Below, in pieces: positions 57,408-64,000 of a stretch of 64,000 nucleotides of DNA. Source of the stretch: Ascoidea asiatica JCM 7603 (lineage: Eukaryota; Fungi; Ascomycota); contig BCKQ01000002.1 of NCBI GenBank assembly GCA_001600695.1, forward strand, positions 41,275 to 105,274. The letters run 5' to 3'. Below the pieces are notes generated by a model, which was not told where the DNA came from, did no database searches, and worked only from the letters and a program-made list of their open reading frames with translations. How positions within the stretch are numbered: position 1 is the first letter of the stretch; every line of letters starts with the position of its first letter. Position numbers and translations under genes: made by a program.

Positions 57408-58164
57408 TGAAAAGCAATAATGCTAAGATGCTGGATGTTGTTTGTTATGCTTACAATGCCCAATCTCTGGTGAGCTGTAGAAATATGTATACTATGCTTA
57501 GGTTGTACAGACGGAACCATCCGGAATGCATACATCTGTTGTACCGACACCTCAGTTGGAATCTCAAAAACTTGAAGTTTCTTTTTTCCTCTCTTTCCTT
57601 CCTTTCCTTTTGTTGTGCGTTGCTTTTTTTGAAAGTCTGATTTCTTCTCTATTTTTCAAATTTCCTTTTGGTTTTCAAGCGTAATATTGCACAAGAGACA
57701 TAGAATAGTCAGCTGACTGTGTATTTTCTTATGAGGCTAGTGTTTAAGCCGCAGGCGCACGTCTTTGTGTGCAACAAGGACCAAGGATGTTAAATTAATC
57801 CGCGTTTCCATTTAACGAAATCCGTACAATGGTTTTCTGATTTATTTGGTTCTCTGCTTTTAAATGCATTAGTATTCATTGGTCTGCATTGAGTACTTGA
57901 TTTTTGATTTATGTCCGCCAACATCTGTTTTAAGCAAGTTTTTTGCTATTTTCCTTTTCCTTATAAAATCCGCAGTGGCATAGATAAAGAACGATTATTA
58001 ATGAAGATCAAACAAGTGAAACTGATGGAACATCTTTTAGAAGTAATTAATTGATAATTCCTAGAAAAATATTTTAATGAACATATGTGTGTTATATATT
58101 TCTAATAAAATTTAATTTATTAAGCATATTCTTTCAAATCAAGTAATAATTTTCAAATATTATC

Positions 58165-60786
58165 ATGTCATTCTCAACTTTTCAATGTGATTTCAATCCT
58201 GCTTTATCGCCTCCTTCGAACTTACCTGATAATTCCGATAAAGTCATACTACCATCTTCAATTTTGAATAATTTATTGTTAGTCAATGGAGATAATCTAG
58301 ATAATTTACCCTCACCTTTAGTATTTAAAATATCTTTGGAATCTTTTTCAAGAACAAATACAAATACAAATACTAATATAATTAAAGGTTTGAATTCAAA
58401 TCAATTGTATGTGGGGGTTAAAGAATTTTCTTCTATTGATAATTTTATCTTTTTACCAAATTTCATTAAATCTAAATTATTTCAAAATTCAAAACTTCAC
58501 TCAAATGAAATTATCCCAATTAACTTATCTTTAATTACTAATATTCCAAAGGGTTCTTTACTATCTTTAAAATTATTGAATAATGATCCTATTGATAATC
58601 TATCCTCTGAGAATGTCAAAAATATTTTAGAAGCAAATTTAATGATTTATTATACAACTTTATCCAAAAATTTGAAATTTAACTTAAATTTCAATAGTTC
58701 TTTTTTATCTTTCATTGTTTTAGATACTTCCCCATCAGATACAATCTCAATTATTGATACAAATCTTTTTTTCAATTTAGAATTACAAAATCAAAGTCAG
58801 AATGAAGATGTAAATTCCAATGGAATTAATAAACTAACTCCTGCTAATTCACTAAATCCAGTCAATTCTTCTCCCTCATATAAATTAATAGATTTAGATC
58901 AGGTAATAAAAATATCATTATCTGGAGATTTGTCGATTTCAAATAATCTACTTTATAAATTAGATATTACAAAGTTATCCTTTTCGAACTTTCTCTCTAA
59001 TGATGTAAACAACCTAACTAATATAGGCATTTCAGATAATACCAATCATGATAACAACTCTAAAAATAGAATTTTAAAAATTCTTTTCTCAATTTCTAAC
59101 TCAAATTCTAGTTCTAATTTAAACTCAAATATGTATTTGGATTTCCTTTCCGACAAGTTTGATCTATTTATTTCTAATGATCAATTTTTATCAAAAAATT
59201 GCTTTATTTGGTCTTCATTATTATCCTCTCGACGTGTTTCTAATAACTCTCATACTTATACAAAAGAGTTTAAAATAAATTTAAATGATCATTTATTATA
59301 TCAAAAATCTTATATTTATATATTACCATTTATATGGAATTTAATTTCCAATGATGATAAGATTTTAAATGATGTTCCTCAACTATCTTTATCTTTCAAG
59401 ATTTCTTTAGAAAAAGATGATAATAATGGAGAACAACCTTCCAATTTTGCTCCTACAGCAGAAAATAAATTTCGAAATATAGATAATAGCATGATAAATT
59501 GCTCCAATTGTGGAAAATTGATTTCTTCCCAGTCAAAATTGATGCATGAAAATTTTTGTAAGAAAAATATAATAAGATGTTCATATAATAATTGTAGTCA
59601 TTTATTTAACAAAAAAAACATTAAAAGTGATAATCATTGGCATTGTGATTTTTGTTATAATATTTTACAAAATAATCAAAATTCTCAAAATTTTAATTCT
59701 TCTGATTTATTCAACTCATTAAATCCTTCTTTAAGTTTATCGTCTTTGACAAATTTTAAAAATATTCAATTTCCTCAATTTCTTTTCAATTATTTAAGTG
59801 GTCTACATAAAGGTGATACACAGTTCTCTCTAAAAAAACACAATTTTATATTTCATCAAAGTTCAAACTGCAATTTATGTAATTTAAAATTTAAAAATTT
59901 TTTTATTTCTTCTTATCATCAAGCTTTAGCATGTCCCAAAAAAAAGTTTGAATGCAAGTTTTGTCACTTAATTTTCAGAAAAGGTGATGAAACCACATAC
60001 GAAGATCAAATCTATAATTTAAATCACCATGAAAACGTTGAATGCGGCTCAAAATCCATTCAATGTTTTGTATGTTTTAAATATATAAAGCAATTAAACT
60101 TTACTGCTCATACAAAGCTACATGAAATTCAAAAATTAGAGGAAAAAAAATCAAAATATATCAAAAAATGTGCAAATAAAAACTGTATCAATATAATTGA
60201 AAAGTCAAAGTTCATTGATTTGTCTGCAAATGGTAAAAATGAGAAATTAAATTCAAATGAATTTTTATTATGTGATTATTGTTATGGACCATCATATTCC
60301 AACGCTTTTGATCCTGATTTGAAAAAATTCTCAAACAGAATTGAAAGAAGATATATACTACAATTAACTAAAGGGTGTCTGCATACATTTTGTAAAAATG
60401 AAGAGTGTCTTTCCAGTGGTTTGTTGAATCCTAGATTCAATCTGTTCAAAGATAAGTATCAACATTTCTTAAACGATTTATTGCCCTATGTTCCTAAAAT
60501 AGGGACTATTGCGAAAGAAAATGAAGAGAAATCTTTTTATAATTTTTGCGTAGATGAAAGCATGACAAAGAAACAACTTTTAGTTGAAGCAGCCTTTGAG
60601 ATTTTAGGAAGGACTGTTAATTACAGCTATACTTCTATTTGTGAAGCAGTACATGAATTGGATAAGAACAACTATAAAGATATTTATATGGGCGATGAAA
60701 TTGATATGAAATTCGAAGCAGATTTAGAACAGGGGAAAGTGCTTAACATAAATAGTATTGAAAGGTGGCTAAAAAAGAACTATTGA
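58165..60786 (+). CDS. UFD1-domain protein with TRAF-like zinc fingers and AZUL-like zinc domain
   Basis: SDKVILPSSIL and LYVGVKEFS (UFD1 N-domain); CSNC..HENFC, HWHC, CKFCH fingers; RRYILQLTKGC..FCKNEEC (AZUL-like). Not canonical Ufd1. Confidence 0.8.
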   Translation: MSFSTFQCDFNPALSPPSNLPDNSDKVILPSSILNNLLLVNGDNLDNLPSPLVFKISLESFSRTNTNTNTNIIKGLNSNQLYVGVKEFSSIDNFIFLPNFIKSKLFQNSKLHSNEIIPINLSLITNIPKGSLLSLKLLNNDPIDNLSSENVKNILEANLMIYYTTLSKNLKFNLNFNSSFLSFIVLDTSPSDTISIIDTNLFFNLELQNQSQNEDVNSNGINKLTPANSLNPVNSSPSYKLIDLDQVIKISLSGDLSISNNLLYKLDITKLSFSNFLSNDVNNLTNIGISDNTNHDNNSKNRILKILFSISNSNSSSNLNSNMYLDFLSDKFDLFISNDQFLSKNCFIWSSLLSSRRVSNNSHTYTKEFKINLNDHLLYQKSYIYILPFIWNLISNDDKILNDVPQLSLSFKISLEKDDNNGEQPSNFAPTAENKFRNIDNSMINCSNCGKLISSQSKLMHENFCKKNIIRCSYNNCSHLFNKKNIKSDNHWHCDFCYNILQNNQNSQNFNSSDLFNSLNPSLSLSSLTNFKNIQFPQFLFNYLSGLHKGDTQFSLKKHNFIFHQSSNCNLCNLKFKNFFISSYHQALACPKKKFECKFCHLIFRKGDETTYEDQIYNLNHHENVECGSKSIQCFVCFKYIKQLNFTAHTKLHEIQKLEEKKSKYIKKCANKNCINIIEKSKFIDLSANGKNEKLNSNEFLLCDYCYGPSYSNAFDPDLKKFSNRIERRYILQLTKGCLHTFCKNEECLSSGLLNPRFNLFKDKYQHFLNDLLPYVPKIGTIAKENEEKSFYNFCVDESMTKKQLLVEAAFEILGRTVNYSYTSICEAVHELDKNNYKDIYMGDEIDMKFEADLEQGKVLNINSIERWLKKNY

Positions 60787-61208
60787 ACAAACTGGATTTG
60801 TAAATTTGAACCTGCTCATCATTATTCAGGGAGCTTGGTTTATTAGTAACTTTTTAAGTAGTAAACTGTATAATGTTTTTCAAGTAAGTTTATAGATTTT
60901 TATATTTGATTAGATAGTATTAATGAATATTTATTACAGTAAGGTACTCAGATAAACTAAGCTTATCTAAGGATGGGACCGGATTTTGATGAGATCCTGT
61001 AGTTACCGTTTCGGGAGTACGGAGATTGTCTATATTTTGTGGCACTCTTTCTAAGAGAATCGTTTTTAGTTAAAATATTAAACTGATTAGTAACTTTACT
61101 TGAAAATGAATATGTTTGCAATGAAATAAAGAAGAATTAACAGCTTTTTATTTATATAAATAGATTTGCATTTTCTGAAAGCTTGTTCTATATAATTTAA
61201 AGGAAAAA

Positions 61209-61574
61209 ATGGTAGAAGATAATTATAAACAGAACTCAGCTCCAGTCTTAAAAAAGCCAATGAATTTACAAATAAACCCACCTTCTACATCAAATTCTCC
61301 AAATACTTTTTTGAATTATAAATTATTATCAATCAAATATCAAAGAAAGAGCCAGAAGAATGAAGAGCTTAAGAATAGTTTAAAAAAAGAATCAATATAT
61401 GTTTCCAACTCGTGTTTGGGCTTAATAGATTATTGCAAGAATACCACAGATTATATGTTGACTGGTTGGGGATCATTGCCTGAGGAAAGCAATCCATTCC
61501 TAGAAGGTTATAAGAGATCAGGAAGAAACTTTAACAGAAATAATAGCAACGATGCTTGCTGCTCAATAATGTGA
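61209..61574 (+). CDS. STE18: Heterotrimeric G-protein gamma subunit
   Basis: GGL domain IYVSNSCLGLIDYCKNTTDY..WG...NPF and C-terminal CCSIM palmitoylation/prenylation motif. Confidence 0.9.
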   Translation: MVEDNYKQNSAPVLKKPMNLQINPPSTSNSPNTFLNYKLLSIKYQRKSQKNEELKNSLKKESIYVSNSCLGLIDYCKNTTDYMLTGWGSLPEESNPFLEGYKRSGRNFNRNNSNDACCSIM

Positions 61575-61749
61575 TAATCAAAATTACAAATAAATTACTT
61601 AACTTACAAAAATCTAATAGTAAATGCAAAATGTATATATTTATATAAGTATATATGTACAGAGCGATTACCAATAAATTAAATCAATATTAGTTGTACT
61701 AATTCAATTACTGTAATCATCTTATGGTAATCCCGTTCAATATTTCTAA

Positions 61750-63999
61750 TTATTTCTTGAGTTCATTATTATTATTTATTTGCTTTTCTTCCAAGTTTCC
61801 TAGAAAACCAGATATTAATTTAGATCCTTCTTGTAACCAAAACTCTTTGAAAATTTCAGATTCTTTATTGAAAGAACCGCTTGGGTGTTTATGAGACAAA
61901 AATAGATTTTCTATTTTTCCATTTTTGTTTAAGGACTTTATTGTGTTCTCACTATAATTTTCAATTTTCATAGTTTGAGGATTAATTCCATTTGTAGGTA
62001 AGTCGAACCCAATTTTTTGAAATATATAGAAATTTTTTTTAGAATAATCAATTAAAATTTCTAAAGCAGAATAACCATTCTTTAATAACTGCAAAATAAC
62101 CCACTTGAAAACAGAATATTCTTTTTTTTTTAAAGCAGCGTCTCCAATTGTTTTAAGGGCGATAATTTTCACCTTCTCTGGTATAAATAATTTTATTTTT
62201 TCCAATTTACTCAAATCATTTATCCTATAATCAATGTCCATGAAATTTTTTTCAAGCGTTGAATTAGAATTGGAAGTGATAGGATAATCCTTTTCTCTAA
62301 ACCTTTCTATTAAAAAGCTATTTTCGTCTTTTTTCCGCAAATTTATTTGCCTTATTTTCCATTCATCTGGCGAGCATGCGATATAATATTCTGGTATTAT
62401 TTCCATATTATGTTTAGCTTTGTCTAAAATCTTTTCCGAATGCTTATAAATGGTTTTCAATAATTGTGACCCAAAATTTCTACTTAAAAACTTTAGATAA
62501 ATTAAAGAAAAATAAGCAAGATCTTTTCTTATATCTCTTCGCTTTTTATAATAACAAAAAGTGATCATTTTGTTAATTGAAGTCTTATAGAAAGGCTGAT
62601 ATGATTTAATTAAATTTTTATCCACTAAATAATTTAATATAGAGGTATATGCGCTTCTAGCGAGCAACGGGTCAACACTTTCAAGTAAAGAAATTGCTTT
62701 AAGATATTTATTTTCCTTTAAAAGAGATATAATAATTAAATTGAACTCACGAGCTTTCAAAGTCTTATAGTCTTTAAATATTTTTGTGAGGGCTTTTTCA
62801 GCTGCTTCTTGATTTCCAGTTTCAAGATAAAATTTTAAAAGACTGAATAAAAAATTTCTATTAGTTTGAGATGTTGCTCCTGTTATTTTATCAGTAGATA
62901 TTCTTTTCAATGTCCAATTAAAAAGTTTGAAATCGGAATGACTAGAACAATATTCTACAACAGTATGAATAATTCTTATATTATTTAACAAGGAATCTGG
63001 AAGCGACCTTATTATTTTTAGAGATAGAGTATTGAAATTCTTGTTTTTGTTGAAGTATCTTATGATATTTACAATTAAATCAATATCATTTTTATTAAAA
63101 CTAAATTTTGTGAAAAAAATGTTTCTGATTGACTTAAATATAAGGTAAACTGCAGCTGAATTATTATATTTGATATTTTCATAGATTAGATTATAGGACT
63201 GTATCATTAAAATTTTATATTCACCTGAGTAATTGAATTTTTCCAATTCTTCAGTTGAATAAAAATTAGAGGACTTTTCAAACGAATTTTTGTACTTATC
63301 AGTTAGCTCTTCATTGAGATTGTTGAATACTAAGGCGAAAATTTTATTAGATATATATGGTTGAGATTTTATAAGATCATGATCAGTAAGGGAGTTTGTA
63401 GAAAACCTAGTAGAATTAGACGAGAAAGAATCTACCTGTTGAGCTTTGTCCATGATTAGTAATGATTGCTTTTTAGTTAATTTAATGTTGAAAATTCTTA
63501 TAAGTTTGATGATTATATCAAGCTGTAACTCATTTTGGACCGGATCATGAATTAATAAGGAATTAAATAATATTGTCAAGGTTGATTGTGATATTATTGA
63601 TGCAGGGCTCGGTATGGTACAAGATGTTTTGCCATCATTGACTTTAGTTGATATGACATCAAGATAATCTTTGTGATAATATTTTAAAAAATCAAAGCAC
63701 AACCCTGCTGCTAGAGTTAGTCTACTCTCAATTATTGCTAACCCAATTAAAAAATTTAAAAAAAAAATTTGTGTTAAAAGTTTATTTGTATGAGCTTGAA
63801 TATATGCATTCTCTATCACTTGAAGTATAATTTTTTGATTCTGAGCTCTTGAATTATAATTAAAGACTGATAAAGGAGTAGTTTTATCAGCTAATTTTAT
63901 GATATTTATATCATCATTACTGGCATCATTATTAAAATGTTTCATTGAATTATAATTACTATTTTCAGTATTAAGGTTATGATTAGATAAAATATTATA
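61750..63999 (-). CDS. PPR-like helical-repeat protein, probably mitochondrial; 5' end lies beyond the window
   Basis: The frame stays open upstream of the ATG at 63945 to the window edge. PPR-like helices LFSLLKFYLETGNQEAAEKAL, FNLIIISLLKENKYLKAISLL, AYTSILNYL. Confidence 0.6.
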   Translation of the reverse strand, partial: YNILSNHNLNTENSNYNSMKHFNNDASNDDINIIKLADKTTPLSVFNYNSRAQNQKIILQVIENAYIQAHTNKLLTQIFFLNFLIGLAIIESRLTLAAGLCFDFLKYYHKDYLDVISTKVNDGKTSCTIPSPASIISQSTLTILFNSLLIHDPVQNELQLDIIIKLIRIFNIKLTKKQSLLIMDKAQQVDSFSSNSTRFSTNSLTDHDLIKSQPYISNKIFALVFNNLNEELTDKYKNSFEKSSNFYSTEELEKFNYSGEYKILMIQSYNLIYENIKYNNSAAVYLIFKSIRNIFFTKFSFNKNDIDLIVNIIRYFNKNKNFNTLSLKIIRSLPDSLLNNIRIIHTVVEYCSSHSDFKLFNWTLKRISTDKITGATSQTNRNFLFSLLKFYLETGNQEAAEKALTKIFKDYKTLKAREFNLIIISLLKENKYLKAISLLESVDPLLARSAYTSILNYLVDKNLIKSYQPFYKTSINKMITFCYYKKRRDIRKDLAYFSLIYLKFLSRNFGSQLLKTIYKHSEKILDKAKHNMEIIPEYYIACSPDEWKIRQINLRKKDENSFLIERFREKDYPITSNSNSTLEKNFMDIDYRINDLSKLEKIKLFIPEKVKIIALKTIGDAALKKKEYSVFKWVILQLLKNGYSALEILIDYSKKNFYIFQKIGFDLPTNGINPQTMKIENYSENTIKSLNKNGKIENLFLSHKHPSGSFNKESEIFKEFWLQEGSKLISGFLGNLEEKQINNNNELKK

Positions 64000-64000
64000 G

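Noticed and set aside
1-64000. Transposons, LTRs, CRISPR arrays, rRNA
   Set aside because: No gag/pol/transposase/integrase motifs, no TG...CA repeated LTRs, no repeat-spacer arrays and no rRNA signatures seen.

Overview
Very AT-rich, gene-dense chromosomal DNA from a budding yeast (Saccharomycotina). The species cannot be fixed from this window; the Asn/Ser low-complexity expansions recall low-GC lineages such as Ascoidea or Pachysolen, which is only a guess. There are about 20 long protein-coding genes with no coding introns evident: SUI3, YAR1, RTP1, HSP90, HUT1, LAA1, an orphan, PXMP4, VPS35, FAS1, a Zn2Cys6 factor, ISC1, ATG26, a Sec2 homolog, a GH17 glucanase, a UFD1/zinc-finger protein, STE18, a PPR-like ORF running off the right edge, and two paralogous orphan membrane proteins. 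I found no tRNA, rRNA, transposon or CRISPR array. The main observations are: (1) GC-rich promoter islands at which plus-strand purine/pyrimidine skew flips regardless of gene orientation, visible even in synonymous codons; (2) an inverted pair of unknown MIPLPxDPxLLxEHAYYDT paralogs with a shared upstream motif bracketing ISC1-ATG26; (3) a Sec2 homolog apparently lacking its catalytic GEF core; (4) a hairpin-rich, unidentified ~550-nt segment upstream of LAA1; (5) a five-unit phased step-type heat-shock element and a perfect 30-bp palindrome in the HSP90/HUT1 promoter. Comparisons with homologs are from memory of these families, not from searches.
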